Shown piece after piece: positions 1-15,622 of a stretch of DNA of 64,000 bases (its first letter is position 1; each line of letters starts with the position of its first letter). Position numbers and translations under genes: made by a program. The notes below the pieces were generated by a model. That model saw only the letters and a program-made list of their open reading frames with translations, did not search any database and was not told the origin of the DNA. This stretch comes from Eledone cirrhosa. Lineage: Eukaryota. The stretch is from NCBI GenBank assembly GCA_964016885.1, contig OZ024741.1, positions 275,032,001 to 275,096,000 on the forward strand, given 5' to 3'.

Positions 1-22
1 CTGATTCATTGTTAACCATGCA

Positions 23-104
23 TTATATATAATCGGGGTCGATAAAATAAAGTACCAGTAATACACTGGGATAATTGCTGGCCTTGTGCCAAAAGTAGAA
101 ACAA

Positions 105-108
<4 letters not shown>
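23..108 (+). mobile_element. 3' fragment of tRNA-derived SINE
   Basis: GGGGTCGATAAAATAAAGTACCAGT...GGCCTTGTGCCAAAAGTAGAAACAATT matches the 3' half of full SINE copies at 8907 and 59328. Confidence 0.8.
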
Positions 109-1746
<1,638 letters not shown>

Positions 1747-1777
1747 TCTCTCTCTATATATATGTGTGTGTGTGTGT

Positions 1778-1940
1778 TAGGTAATTCCGAAGAAAAAGCA
1801 AAGGAAAAAAGAGTGCTCTATGTATAGAACAGAGCTGTTTAGTTATAAAGTGAACAACACAATATATAACTACTCCATTATCAAAGGTTTCAGGATCCTA
1901 GACAATATTAATATACGTCTGGATCGTTCATGAGACAGGT
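1778..1940 (-). mobile_element. Penelope-type pseudo-LTR fragment with decayed hammerhead (relative at 45196-45335)
   Basis: Minus strand reads CTCATGA..helix II GATCCAGAC/GTCTAGGATC..GAAACCTTTGATA, then TAGAGCACTC. The 45196 relative has GAAACC-TTT-GG-TA. Confidence 0.5.
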
Positions 1941-2144
1941 ATATATATATATATGAATGAAGAATGGCGTGCTGCGTTGTTGCGAACATGAACATATGAA
2001 TAAAAATAGACCAAGGGATAAAATGTCCTCATCAGTAGTCTGCTGATTATCGTTGGTATTTCGACGCATTAAAGACTAGATACCTAAAATCAGTGCGATC
2101 GATAACTCAAATAGAAAAAAAACGAGGATGTTTCGTTTACATAG

Positions 2145-2350
2145 TTGTTTCTAATTTAGGCACAAATCCAGTAATTTGAAGAGGAGGGGAAAGTCGATTA
2201 AATCGACACCAGTGTATTACTGGTGCTTTATTTTATCGATCCCGTAAGGATGAAAGGCAAAGTTAACCTCGGCGGGATTTGAACTCAGAATGGCAAGGGC
2301 CGTAACTCTATGCGTCAAAGCATAGCGTCCGACCCTCTACCAATACTGCT
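2145..2350 (-). mobile_element. tRNA-derived SINE (copy 2 ~20757-20962)
   Basis: Reverse complement of the SINE consensus, including the B-box-like GAGTTCAAATCC and the core. Confidence 0.85.
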
Positions 2351-2381
2351 TACATAATGAAAAATATTTATTGCGTATCGA

Positions 2382-2475
2382 CCTGTTGTTACGCACGTTT
2401 CGCAGAGAATTGGCTCAAGGTGATCCATAGGAGTTCTGGATCCGTCTCCAGTATCGATCAGCTCGTCAGACTGGT
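2382..2475 (-). ncRNA. Hammerhead-like motif with ~60-nt helix II insertion
   Basis: Minus strand: CTGACGA-GC...GC-GAAA-CGTGCG-TA, followed by AATAAA. Helix I pairing is weak. Confidence 0.45.
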
Positions 2476-2501
2476 GGAGTGTAAACATCATGTTTAATAG
2501 G

Positions 2502-2608
2502 GAAATGGCTTCTACAGGACTAGAACTGTTTCATTCAAAAGAAATCATCAGGAAAGTATCCCTGGTGATTTCTTTTGAGTGTGGGGCGTGTGTTAGAAGA
2601 GTATTGTA
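2502..2608 (-). mobile_element. Family D hammerhead mini-element with short inverted arm
   Basis: Minus strand: TTC-CTGATGA-TTTCTTTTGAAT-GAAA-CAG-ttctagtc-CTG-TA-GAAG. The arm TCAAAAGAAATCATCAGG is inverted as CCTGGTGATTTCTTTTGA. Confidence 0.65.
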
Positions 2609-2655
2609 GATATATATATGTATATATATGTAAATATATATGTATATATATGTAA

Positions 2656-2764
<109 letters not shown>

Positions 2765-2772
2765 AATATATA

Positions 2773-2923
<151 letters not shown>

Positions 2924-2961
2924 CGTTATTCCGGGTTGAATCGGAGGTAACCACAGTAAGT

Positions 2962-3010
2962 GATTCCTGATGATTTCTAAAGAATGAAACAGTTCTAGTC
3001 CTGTAGAATC
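2962..3010 (+). ncRNA. Type I hammerhead ribozyme, family D (element 2921-3016; not seen in copy 2)
   Basis: GATTC-CTGATGA-T-TTC-taaa-GAA-T-GAAA-CAG-ttctagtc-CTG-TA|GAATC; all three helices pair. 2921-2960 is the reverse complement of the family 3' tail seen at 12205-12245. Confidence 0.75.
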
Positions 3011-3786
3011 TCATCTATACACATATATATATATACATATACACACATATATATATATACATATACACACATATATATACATACATATATAAATATATAA
3101 ACTCTTCTAACTCTAACCTCGGGTCACTCATGACAACATGTCAGTCCTCACAATACATTCCCTCACGTATAGACCTGAATTAACAACACACACACGCCGC
3201 CACCCTCACATTCACACATAACCCAGACCAACACACACATACTCACACCCCACACTCACCAACACACCCACACATACACACGACCTGTACACCACAACTT
3301 TCACCACCACATCACCGCCCTCCTCCACCACCACCACCCTCCACTGCCCAACCAACACTACACCACCCCTCTCCTACACCCATCCCTCCCACCAACACCG
3401 CCTACCCCTTCATACTCTGCTACTAATAATTCTCTCAATACACACACACACACATATACGCACACATACAAACATGCTCAAGCTCATACATATATATACA
3501 TACAGACACTCACAGACACATATACATACGCACACATACAAACACACACAGACATGTACATACCCACATACAAACGTGCCCAAGCACACGCGTATATATA
3601 CAGTCACACACATATTTATATATATATACATACGCACACATACAAACATGCCCAAACACGCATATATACATACAGACAACACACACATACGCATAAGGAC
3701 CCTTTAGTATGAAGTTCTAGGGTCTAGGCCCTTGAGTCATTGATCTAGATTTACAGCTATAATGTTTTCTTTAATATATATCACTC

Positions 3787-4140
3787 TATTCCAATGATTT
3801 GATCAGAGACACACACTGTATTTAAGGTCGAGTGACGCAACTTCGAATGATTAGCGATCTTTAGACTCACCTGATCAATGAAACAATTGTTAATACTGTA
3901 AATGGATTGGCAGTATCGGTAGAGGGTCGGACGTCATGCTTTGATGCATAGAGTTACGGCCCTTGCCATTCTGAGTTCAAATCCCGCCGAGGTCAACTTT
4001 GCCTTTCATCCTTACGGGGTCGATAAAATAAAGTACCAGTAATGTACTGGGTAATTGCTGGCCTTGTGCCAAAACTAGAAACAATACTGTAAATAAAACC
4101 CGTTTTGTACAGCCGACCATGTTATTCTTCAATCTTTCAC
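3787..4140 (+). mobile_element. Family E element: decayed hammerhead with long helix II, interrupted by a SINE
   Basis: TATT-CCAATGA-T-TTGATCAG...CTGATCAA-T-GAAA-CAATTG-TT-AATA; downstream sequence is homologous to the reverse complement of 7310-7382. Confidence 0.6.
3904..4082 (+). mobile_element. tRNA-derived SINE with 12-bp TSD
   Basis: Consensus SINE flanked by AATACTGTAAAT at 3892-3903 and 4083-4094. Confidence 0.9.
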
Positions 4141-4911
4141 TATTATTACTCCAAGAATGACCTGCATGAGAATTCTCGCAAACTCGCTACCTAACTAAAG
4201 AAACCACTACAGCGTACGGAGTTAAGGTCTTCAGAGAAGAAACACCTCTCAAGCAAGTATTTCGGCTCTCTCTATCTAAGTTAAGGACAGTAGGTCTTCA
4301 GAGAAGAAACAGCACTCAGGGAAGTGTGCCGGTCCTTAATTTAGATATCAAGAGCCGAAACAATTACCGTTAAGAATGTGTCCGATGCTCTAACGATTCT
4401 GCCAGTCGACTGGCCTAATGTGGTTAAGAAATAATATCATTAATTGAATGACTAATAAGGTATAATTAGTTTGGCAAGTAAGAGCAGATAACTGTGGCAT
4501 TTTTTGGTCTTATTAAACCTCATCAATGAAGTATATCTTTCGATATATTAACACGAGTTACTTCTAGACATAAGAGCACAGTAGTTGGTCTTGTGTATTA
4601 ATGACGCAATGACAGACAAGAGAATCGATTAAAAATCGAATCCAAGACGATGATTATTATCCCAACATTAGCATACTCATCTGTATCTCTGTAGGTCCTG
4701 TCTATCTCTCTGTGTATTTATCTATCTCCCCCCCCCCTCTCTCTCTATATATATATATATATATAGTTGTTTATATTTATATGTATGTGAGTGTGTGTCT
4801 GTTCTGTTTAACTAAGTAACTGTCACTGTTTATTTATCTAGCTGTCAAGCTACCCAAGAGTGACAAGGTATCTCTCAACACACTCACGCACATATACACA
4901 CACGCCGCACG

Positions 4912-4978
<67 letters not shown>

Positions 4979-5133
4979 GGGGTGCACAAGGCAAAGACAA
5001 CTGAACAGTCCCCATCTTCAGTCAACCTCTGGAGATCACTATAGTTTCAGTATATATTATATAAATTATATAACCTATCTTTGCCTTGTATTTTATTTTC
5101 CTTGTTCAAACACTCCCACCATATATATATATA

Positions 5134-7260
5134 TACTCTATCTCCACCACCCACGTCCACTTCTTAGACATCTCCGTCGCCTTCGACCCCTCCCACCACT
5201 CCCTCGTCACCTTCGCCTTCTTCAAACCCACCGACTCCCACTCCTACCTCGACTTCACCTCTTCCCACCCTACACACACTAAACACTCTATTCCCTACTC
5301 CCAACTCCTCAGGATCGGCCACCTCTGTAGCCGAGATGCTGACTTTGAGTCCCAGGCTCTTTCCCTAGTCAGCCATTTCATCCGCAGAGGTTACCCCCGC
5401 TCTCTCGTCCACACCGCTCCCACCCGCGCCCGTGCTGTCCACCTGCACCACCACCCTCACTCCACGCCACCGCACACCCACCCACCGTCTCCCCTTCCAC
5501 ATCACCTACCACCCCCCACCATACCCCTCCACCGCACCATCCTCCGCCTCTTCCGACGCCTCCAGTCCGACCCCTCCACCTCCCACATCTTCCCAGCCCC
5601 ACCACTCCCCTCCAAACGCGCACGCAATCTCCGCACCCTCTTCGTCCACAGCTCTCTACCCCCAACCCACGCTCCCCCACCGGTTCCCTTCCCTGTTCCA
5701 GGCCCCGTTGCAACACCTGTCCCCACATCACCAACACCACCACCTTCCGGCGTCCCAACGGCCACTCTCTCTCTGTCCGGCATGCCTTCCGCTGAACCTC
5801 CTCCAACCTAGTATATGGACTACGTCGGACAGACTGGACGTCGCCTGGCGGACCGGTTTACCGAACACCTCCGAGATATTCGTCTCGGTGGTAGTTCCCC
5901 CATCGCCCGCCACTTTGGTGCCCCTCACAGTCTGTGGCCTACTCCAATGCCACGGAACACCCGCCACTCTCCTCAGTGTCGAACAATGAACCATCTTCAC
6001 CCTACAGACCCACACTCCCCCCGGCCTGAACTCGCCACCCTTATTCCTTTAGCCTTCGACCGCCCTCTTCCCACACATATCCCCCACTAACACCACTAAC
6101 ACACGCCTCCTTTTCACCGCCCACCCTACAACTAACAATACTAACACCTCCACCCCACACCCGACCACCAGTATACTAACACCCACTAACACCCCCTTCA
6201 CCACACACACACTCATCCAAACACGCACACACACACCAGTACACTACACTCCCTCCACCGGCGCCCACACCTTTCTCTCCCCGCTCCACCCACAACCTTT
6301 CACACCTACCCATCCTCTCCCCTGTCCACCGCACCTCCGCACACACTGACACACCGACTTTCTTCACTTACCATTCTCCCCGACTGCTTCTATGCCCTGA
6401 ATCTCTGACCACCTCCCCGCACACACAGACACACAACCCTCCTCCTGCCTTGACCCTCTGACCACTTCCTGTTGCGCGCGCACCCCACATCTCCCCTCTT
6501 CCGACCAACCCAACCACGGATTACACACATTGGACATCGCTCCCAAGAATCAACCACATCTCAAGGAAATTACCCAGCATTCCACCACTTCCTCTACGGA
6601 ACTACCTTAGGGACCCACCCACTGACATACACTCAAAAAAATGTTTTCCCACACGCCACCTACATCCACAACACGTATAAACACCACACACACGTGCGTA
6701 CCACCACATATTTACACACTCAGCCTCCGGAATCCTCTCCCACCCCCACCCATTTGACCCCTCCCCACACAAACCGACCTACACCCCACCCCACACACAC
6801 CGACCTACACCCCACCCCACACACACCTTTTCCTGAACATGCAACCCCGTTCTTCCCCCAACTCTTACTTGCACATACACACACACACACACATACACAC
6901 ACACACCAACTTCAGCCCTCCCCGCTCGGACACCCCGCCTCCCTCTCCCCACTCCACCCGCCACCACCCCTACACGCCCAACACTCTTCCACCACCTGTT
7001 TTTCTTCATGTTTATTTTTATTTTTATTATGCTTTTATATTTAATTTCATTTGCACCGTTTCCTCTCACCCCCTTTTTTCTATATGTCTCTCCACCACTC
7101 CCCTACACAGCCTTGGAACTCTCTTCCCACACACTTTTCACCTGAAGAAGGGCTTATGCTCGAAACGTCGTTCCCCACCACCACCCCACTCTCAAGAGCG
7201 TGAAACTAATAAACCTTTGTTCGTACTGCCTCTCTGTTTTGTTCCCGTTCAATTTTTTAC
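5134..7260 (+). mobile_element. 5'-truncated, frameshifted Penelope-like retroelement (RT C-terminus, Cys linker, GIY-YIG endonuclease, 3' hammerhead)
   Basis: FLDISV..FKPTDSHSYLDFTSSHP..KHSIPYSQLLRI..CS..RGYP is the PLE RT thumb region. Then PCSRPRCNTCPH and YVGQTGRRLADRFTEHLRDIR. 3' CTGAAGA-AGGGC-ttat-GCTC-GAAACGTCG at 7142-7170, AATAAA, flanked by (TA)n. Confidence 0.85.
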
Positions 7261-7303
<43 letters not shown>

Positions 7304-7356
7304 ATTGAAAGAGTGAAGAATAACATGGTCAACAGTACAAAAAGGGGTTTTATTTA

Positions 7357-7469
7357 CAGTATTAACAATTGTTTCACTGATTAAGTTGTCTAAAAATTGC
7401 TGAACACTTGAAGCTGTGCCACTCAAATTTAAATACGTTGTTAGCTTAACCAGATCATCAGAAAGGCTG
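7357..7469 (-). ncRNA. Family E hammerhead with intact core and ~60-nt helix II insertion (copy 2 ~26769-26881)
   Basis: Minus strand: CTGATGA-T-CTGGTTAAG...CTTAATCAG-T-GAAA-CAATTG-TT-AATACTG. Confidence 0.65.
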
Positions 7470-7600
7470 TAAGAGAACTCATAAACTCGCCACCTACGGA
7501 AACCTCTTGTTGAGTCAAACAACGCCGTACGCTAAAACTATCCACAATACGAAGTATTCCCAACCTCTAACTGGATTACCTATAACGATATTTTGTTATC

Positions 7601-7671
<71 letters not shown>

Positions 7672-7984
7672 TATATATATATGAATATATATACATATAT
7701 ATATATAAGTAGAAAATGCTGAAGAGATTCTTTCAGTGTAATATCAAAATATATATATTTTTTTAATATATATTTGTTAAGAGGATATTTCCGCATTTAA
7801 TAATGGTACTGGTTTTAGCATTATATGCATTGTCAACAGCGGATATGCATAATATGGTTAAGTTCCATATTTATACAAATAATAATAATAAAAAGTGTAA
7901 GAAAAATTATTAATTTTTACATACATATTTTGAAAGGAGAGTTCATATCTCTCTCCGTGTTTGTCCTTCTTTCTCTTTTAGTAT

Positions 7985-8030
7985 ATATATATATATAATG
8001 TATAAAAAAATATATATATATATAATGTAT

Positions 8031-8093
<63 letters not shown>

Positions 8094-8385
8094 TATAATA
8101 TATATATATAGTGTATAATATATATATATATAATGTATAAAATATATATATATATATAATGTATAATATATATATATATATAATGTATAAAATATATATA
8201 TATATAATGTATAATATATATATATATAATGTATAAAATATATATATATATAATGTATAATATATATATATATATATATAATGTATAATATATATATATA
8301 TATAATGTATAATATATATATATATATATATAATGTATAAAATATTTATATATATATATATATAATGTATAAAATGATATATATA
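7985..8385. repeat. (TA)n-ATGTATAA degenerate minisatellite
   Basis: Repeating TAATGTATAA(A) units separated by variable (TA)n. Confidence 0.9.
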
Positions 8386-8588
8386 AGAAGGCTAAGACAA
8401 AACAAAATGGACGGTAAAATGGCGGCAACGAAAATATTTGTTACCTGGTATTTATTATTATCTTTTTTTTTTTTTCTTTCCTCCTAAAATTTCAGGACTT
8501 AAAAAATCCCTTCCTTAGCGTATGGCGAACTCGCAGAACAAAACGTTCTTGTCTTATCGCTTTGAAATTTGATTATATATATATATAT

Positions 8589-8764
8589 ACAGATAAAATT
8601 TCGTTATAACGAATTTTTCAATATAACGAAATCATTTTCAATCCCCGAGGTAATAACAAACAAACGCTCGATTTTTTTCTCTTGATCTCATTATAAAGTT
8701 TTTTTTTTCGTTACAACGAATTTTTTTTATACCCTGTGAATTTCATTATAACAGAATTTCACTG
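8589..8764. mobile_element. pogo/Tigger-like MITE
   Basis: Ends CAGATAAAATTTCGTTATAAC and (G/A)TTATAACAGAATTTCACTG, TA on the left, internal TTCGTTATAACGAA palindromes. Confidence 0.55.
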
Positions 8765-8906
8765 CTTATCATTTATATAGTTTATATCATTTATATCATT
8801 TATATATCTTTGGCGGTCGATTAATTGTAGGTTTGTTGGGTATTTGTTCCGAATCTCTATGCTGAGTTCAAATCAGGTCCAGACCCAAGTTGCCTCTCAT
8901 TATTTT

Positions 8907-9292
8907 GGCGGTGGATTGGCAGTATCGGTAGAGGGTCGGACGCCATGCTTTGACGCATAGGGTTACGGTCCTTGCCATTCTGAGTTCAAATCCCGCCGAG
9001 GTTAACTTTGCCTTTCATCCTTACGAGGTCGATAAAATAAAGTACCAGTAATGCACTGGGTAATTGCTGACCTTGTGCCTAACGTAGAAACAATTATTTT
9101 GGCGGTGGATTGGCAGTATCGGTAGAGGGTCGGACGCCATGCTTTGACGCATAGAGTTACGACCCTTGCTATTCTGAGTTCAAATCCCGCCGAGGTTAAC
9201 TTTGCCTTTCATCCTTACGGGGTCGATAAAATAAAGTACCAGTAATGCACTGGGTAATTGCTGACCTTGTGCCCAAAATAGAAACAATTATT
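8907..9292 (+). mobile_element. Two tandem SINEs (a single copy at 28379-28570 in copy 2)
   Basis: Two consensus copies delimited by ATTATTTTGG at 8899, 9093 and 9287. Confidence 0.9.
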
Positions 9293-9429
9293 TTGGTGTC
9301 GTATAAAAAAGGGAGTCAGCCTAGTGCTGGTGCAACTGTTTCTGTCATATCTTGGACGTTCCACTGGATCAGAAGAGAAGGGTGGTGAGAAGGTGTCCAT
9401 GACTGATCACACTGCATGGCCATTTAAAC

Positions 9430-10100
9430 CAGCGGTCGCCAACCTTTCAGACCTCACGGACCAACTAAATTCATAATTTTAAACTCCACGGACCACTAAT
9501 ATGAATTTTTTTTAAAAGATAAATACATTTGTAAAATAATTCTTTCTACTTTTGGCACAAGGCCAGCAATTATGACAATACATTACTGGTACTTTATTTT
9601 AACGACCCCGTAGGGGTGAAAGGCAAAGTTAACCTCGGCGGGATTTGAACTCGGACCATAAAGGACCGTACCTCTTTGCTACAAAGCATGGCGTCAGACC
9701 CTCTACCGATACTGCCAATCCACCACCCTTTGTAAAATAATTGTTTCTACTTTTGGCACAAGGCCAGCAATTACCCAGTGTATTACTGGTACTTTATTTT
9801 ATCGACCCCGTAAGGATGAAAGGCAAAGTTAACCTCGGCGGGATTTGAACTCAGATGACAAGGACCGTATCTCAATGCGTCAAAGCATGGCGTCAGACCC
9901 TCTACCGATACTGCCAATCCACCACCCTTTGTAAAATAATGATCAGAGAACTTCCATTATATTAATATAAAATGCTCCTATTAAATATAACAAATTTATA
10001 AATGTTTATATAATCATATAAGTAATTATATTATTAATAAAACATCAAAATTACAAATAATATCCAAATTTTTCTGCGGACCACCGCTTGGCGACCGCTG
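9430..10100. mobile_element. Non-autonomous hAT (Charlie-like) element containing a tandem SINE array (copy 2 28708-29577)
   Basis: TIR CAGCGGTCGCCAA / TTGGCGACCGCTG, 8-bp TSD ATTTAAAC/ATTTAAAT, subterminal CGGACCA repeats. Confidence 0.8.
9541..9927 (-). mobile_element. Two tandem SINEs (three in copy 2, ~28820-29403)
   Basis: Reverse-complement SINE copies delimited by TTTGTAAAATAAT at 9528, 9729 and 9928. Confidence 0.9.
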
Positions 10101-10261
10101 ATTTAAATCGTCAGAGTACAAATCCTTAGCTACATTCTAACAAGTCAAAGATTATCAATTAGTCACTATATCGATTTATCATAATCAATCAACCTTCTGA
10201 AGCGATCATAAAACAATGAACTGATTAAGCATCGATCTTTGCCTTTTGTTTTCATTATTCA

Positions 10262-10305
<44 letters not shown>

Positions 10306-10306
<1 letters not shown>

Positions 10307-10492
10307 ACGAAGGAAGTGTGGTAAGGAACCAGGTGGACCATAACGCACCAGAATACTCGATACTTAGGGTAGTAGAGTGCGTAATAGGAAAAGAGTCAGG
10401 ACCCCGACGGCTAAGCTCCGGCTGTTTTCACAGCTAGATCTAGCTGTCAAAACGGCAGGAGCTTAGCCGTCGGGGTCCTGCCTCTTTTCTTA
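10306..10492 (-). mobile_element. Family G fold-back mini-element (copy 2 ~29792-29980)
   Basis: ~55-bp-arm hairpin centred on the palindrome AGCTAGATCTAGCT; homologous to 40203-40399; TA-flanked. Confidence 0.7.
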
Positions 10493-10508
10493 TATATATA
10501 TATATATA

Positions 10509-10690
10509 TTTCAAGGAGACAACGAACAGAGGTACGAAAAGGCTTATTAGTTTCACGCTTTATATTAGAAAGAGTTCGACGTGTCGGGTTTAAGTCCTTC
10601 TTCAGGACTACAAATAGAAACAGGATCACAATGGAGAAACAGAAAAAGGTCCAGTAAAGACAAAAAAAAAATCGAAAATCTAATTCAGAA
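10509..10690 (-). mobile_element. 3' end of a Penelope-like element related to 5134-7260
   Basis: Minus strand: CTGAAGAAGGACTTAAACCCGACACGTCG...AGCGTGAAACTAATAA, compare 7142-7212. A further terminal fragment is at 16357-16447. Confidence 0.6.
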
Positions 10691-10781
10691 TGTTTATATA
10701 TATATATTGATATATATACTTTAGAATCCACAGTTAATCAGGTATGAAATATATTAGTAGAAAAGATATAATCTATTCTAT

Positions 10782-10850
10782 ATAGAAATGATTCCTACAA
10801 GACTAGACTAGAACTGTTTCATTCGTTTGGAATCATTAGCAATGACCTGA
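10782..10850 (-). mobile_element. Family D hammerhead, decayed
   Basis: Minus strand: CTAATGA-TTCCAAACGAAT-GAAACAGTTCTAGTC...GTAGGAATC. Confidence 0.55.
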
Positions 10851-10935
10851 TGCTTTCAAACAAATATGTGTGTGTGTGTGTGTGTGTATGTGTGTGTTTG
10901 TGTGTGTGTATATATTATATATATATGTATGTATA

Positions 10936-10967
<32 letters not shown>

Positions 10968-11048
10968 AATGTATATATATATATATATATACGTATATAT
11001 ATGTGTGTGTGTGTGTGTATATTATATATATATGTGTGTATGTATATA

Positions 11049-11091
<43 letters not shown>

Positions 11092-11092
11092 G

Positions 11093-11165
<73 letters not shown>

Positions 11166-11448
11166 CTGTGTCAGCAAGTCTCTACAATGAAACTACTGCT
11201 AACCACTGAAGTACGGAAACTTCCACCAATGTTTTTTAGTTAAAAGCAGGCGCCCAGATTCCATAACTATGGTGGGTACATCGAGGTAGACGTGGTGGAG
11301 GGGTGAGTAGGCTGGAGGGTCGGAGGTTGGTGTGCCGTCGTCGTTTGCTGGTGATGGGGTTCCACACCCCATGTCCCCACCCTCTCTCCCTCCTCCTCTT
11401 CCCTCCTATGTACTCCACCTTCCACCCTTCAACATCCCATTTAACTTT

Positions 11449-11490
11449 TTACATCAACACACATCTCACACACTGGAGATAATCTACGAC
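11449..11490 (-). CDS. Putative terminal exon VVDYLQCVRCVLM* (duplicate of 30920-30961)
   Basis: Acceptor tacttacAG; phase-0 reading ends in a CaaX-like motif. Confidence 0.35.
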   Translation of the reverse strand, partial: VVDYLQCVRCVLM

Positions 11491-11588
11491 CTGTAAGTAC
11501 ATTGTTGTGTGTTCACTCTTACTACTCGTTACATTACATACACACACACACATACATATATATATACATACATACATACATCATATAT

Positions 11589-11653
<65 letters not shown>

Positions 11654-11959
11654 CTCATACACAGACACACACACATACATATATACATACATACATCATA
11701 TATGCATACACACACACTCATACACACACACAGACACACACACATACATATATACATACATACATCATATATGCATACACACACACACACACTCATACAC
11801 ACACACAGACACAGACACACACACATACATATATACATACATACATCATATATGCATACACACACACACACACTCATACACACACATACACAGACACACA
11901 CACATACATATATACATACATACATCATATATGCACACACACACACACACAGACACACA

Positions 11960-12002
<43 letters not shown>

Positions 12003-12022
12003 AGACACAGACACAGACACAG

Positions 12023-12108
<86 letters not shown>

Positions 12109-12110
12109 GT

Positions 12111-12165
12111 AAGGCTTCCTGATGATTTCTCCCGAATGAAACACTTCTAGTCCTGTAGAAGCCTT
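12111..12165 (+). ncRNA. Type I hammerhead ribozyme, family D (element 12105-12248; copy 2 ~31433-31487)
   Basis: AAGGCTTC-CTGATGA-T-TTC-tccc-GAA-T-GAAA-CAc..CTG-TA|GAAGCCTT. Helix I is a perfect 8 bp; TTGAGTAC at 12198. Confidence 0.75.
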
Positions 12166-12459
12166 TTCTATATTAAATATTTATACTCTGCTTTGTATTG
12201 AGTACCTTACTTACTGTGGTTACCCCCGATTGAACCCGGGATAAACTTATATATATATATATATATAAACACACATACACACATACATACACATTCATAC
12301 ATACACATATATACACATACATACATGTACACACACACATACACACACACACACATACACACACACCCACACACATATACAGATTTATATATAGAGAGAG
12401 ACAAACAAACATATAGACAGATATATAGACACAGACACGTAAATACAAACATATATATG

Positions 12460-12672
<213 letters not shown>

Positions 12673-12800
12673 ATATATATATGTGTGTGTGTATGTAGAG
12701 AGAAAGAGAGACGTACGCATACACAAATATATGGACACACACGCATACATATACATACAAATATATATGTATGCATATCTATATTAATTCATTTATATTG

Positions 12801-12967
12801 TATAGAAATGACTTCTATTGAACAGTCCTAATTATTTCATACAGATGAAACAGTTCTAGTCCTGTAGAAGTCATTGCTATAATATAATTAAGAGGCCTAT
12901 ACTCTAGCAACGTATTGAGTACCTTTTTTTTTACAGTAGTTACCTCCAGGTATACATCAGGCATCTA

Positions 12968-12970
<3 letters not shown>
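12801..12970 (+). mobile_element. Family D element with inverted arm centred on helix II
   Basis: ATAGAAATGACTTCTA..TTTCAT-acag-ATGAAACAGTTCTAGTCCTGTAGAAGTCATTGCTAT; TTGAGTAC at 12915. Confidence 0.65.
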
Positions 12971-13050
<80 letters not shown>

Positions 13051-13063
13051 ATATAATATATAT

Positions 13064-13100
<37 letters not shown>

Positions 13101-13105
<5 letters not shown>

Positions 13106-13202
13106 TTGCAAGGTTTTTGATATGAAATCAACCAAACAGTGAGTGTGTTCTGTTATTAATTCTGGCAATATTATTACAACTATATGACCCTTCCCAATGA
13201 TG

Positions 13203-13205
<3 letters not shown>
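13101..13205 (+). mobile_element. Internally deleted family K element
   Basis: Joins the 5' (GTTTTGC.AGGTTTTTGATATGAAATC) and 3' (AACCAA.CAGTGAGTGTGTTCTG..ATGACCCT) parts of 17117-17480. Confidence 0.65.
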
Positions 13206-13277
<72 letters not shown>

Positions 13278-13322
13278 GTGTGTGTATATATATATATATA
13301 TGTGTGTGTATATATATATATA

Positions 13323-13397
<75 letters not shown>

Positions 13398-13470
13398 GTA
13401 TATATATATGTATATATATATGTATATATATATGTATATATATATGTATATATATATGTATATATATATG

Positions 13471-13503
<33 letters not shown>

Positions 13504-13620
13504 GTATATATATATGTATATATGTATATATATATATATATGTATATATGTATATATATATGTATATATGTATATATATGTATATATGTATATATGTATA
13601 TATATGTATATATGTATATA

Positions 13621-13653
<33 letters not shown>

Positions 13654-13706
13654 ATATGTATATATATATATATATGTATATATGTATATATGTATGTATA
13701 TATATG

Positions 13707-13866
<160 letters not shown>

Positions 13867-14059
13867 TGTATGTATATATATATATATGTATATATGTATA
13901 TATATATGTATATATGTATATATGTATGTATATATATATATATGTATATATGTATATATATATGTATATATGTATGTATATATATATATATATATGTGTA
14001 TGTATGTATATATACATTAGAGAAAAAGAGAGGAGCACGCAGACATACACATATATATA

Positions 14060-14141
14060 CAGGGTGTCCCCCCAAAAAAAATGTATACACAATTCTATAG
14101 CATTCCAATAAATATGTGTATACAATTTTGGAGACATCCTA
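14060..14141. mobile_element. Tc1/mariner-type MITE (related copy 16676-16754)
   Basis: TA-CAGGGTGTCCCC..AAAATGTATACACA / TGTGTATACAATTTTGGAGACATCCT-ATA inverted ends. Confidence 0.7.
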
Positions 14142-14306
14142 TATATATATATATAGAGGGAGAGAGAGAGTGAGAGAGAGTGAGAGAGAGAGAGAGAGAG
14201 AGAGAAGAGAGCACCCAAACACGCACACACATGTATATATATACACACACATAGAGAGAGAAAAATAGGCATATATACACATACACTGACAGACGGACTG
14301 ACAGAC

Positions 14307-14373
14307 ATATCGATAAGCCTCCGTCAGTTTCGACGGTGAGTGTCGCAGTTGTTGGATCAACGGACTCAACAGC
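14307..14373 (-). CDS. Putative internal exon [22 protein letters not shown] (duplicate of 33794-33860)
   Basis: Acceptor ttgttatttcatgtgcAG with upstream CTCAC/CTTAC branch-like motifs; donor uncertain. Confidence 0.45.
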
Positions 14374-14471
14374 CTGCACATGAAATAACAATGTAAGTAG
14401 GTGAGTGGGTGCTCCACAGACACGTGTACCCAAAACGTAATTCTCATAGATATTCAGCGTGTATATATATG

Positions 14472-14514
<43 letters not shown>

Positions 14515-14515
14515 C

Positions 14516-14568
<53 letters not shown>

Positions 14569-14594
14569 ATATATATATGTATATATATATATGC

Positions 14595-14672
<78 letters not shown>

Positions 14673-14793
14673 GTATATATATGTATATGTATATATATAT
14701 ATATGTATATATATGTATATACATATATGTATATATATATATATGTATATATATATATGTATATAAATGTATATATATATATGTATATATATA

Positions 14794-14912
<119 letters not shown>

Positions 14913-14925
14913 GTATATATATATG

Positions 14926-15004
<79 letters not shown>

Positions 15005-15059
15005 GTATATATATATGTATATATATATATGTACATATATATATGTATATATATATATG

Positions 15060-15580
<521 letters not shown>

Positions 15581-15589
15581 GTATATATG

Positions 15590-15622
<33 letters not shown>

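Noticed and set aside
3798-3879. SECIS element in the helix II insert (Naiad PLEs can encode selenoproteins)
   Set aside because: I could not find an AUGA/GA quartet with a correctly spaced AA loop by eye, nor an associated UGA-containing ORF; SECISearch would be needed.
8907-9000. tRNA genes at SINE heads and at 17660-17720
   Set aside because: Only A/B-box-like remnants; no complete cloverleaf, and they run into SINE core sequence.
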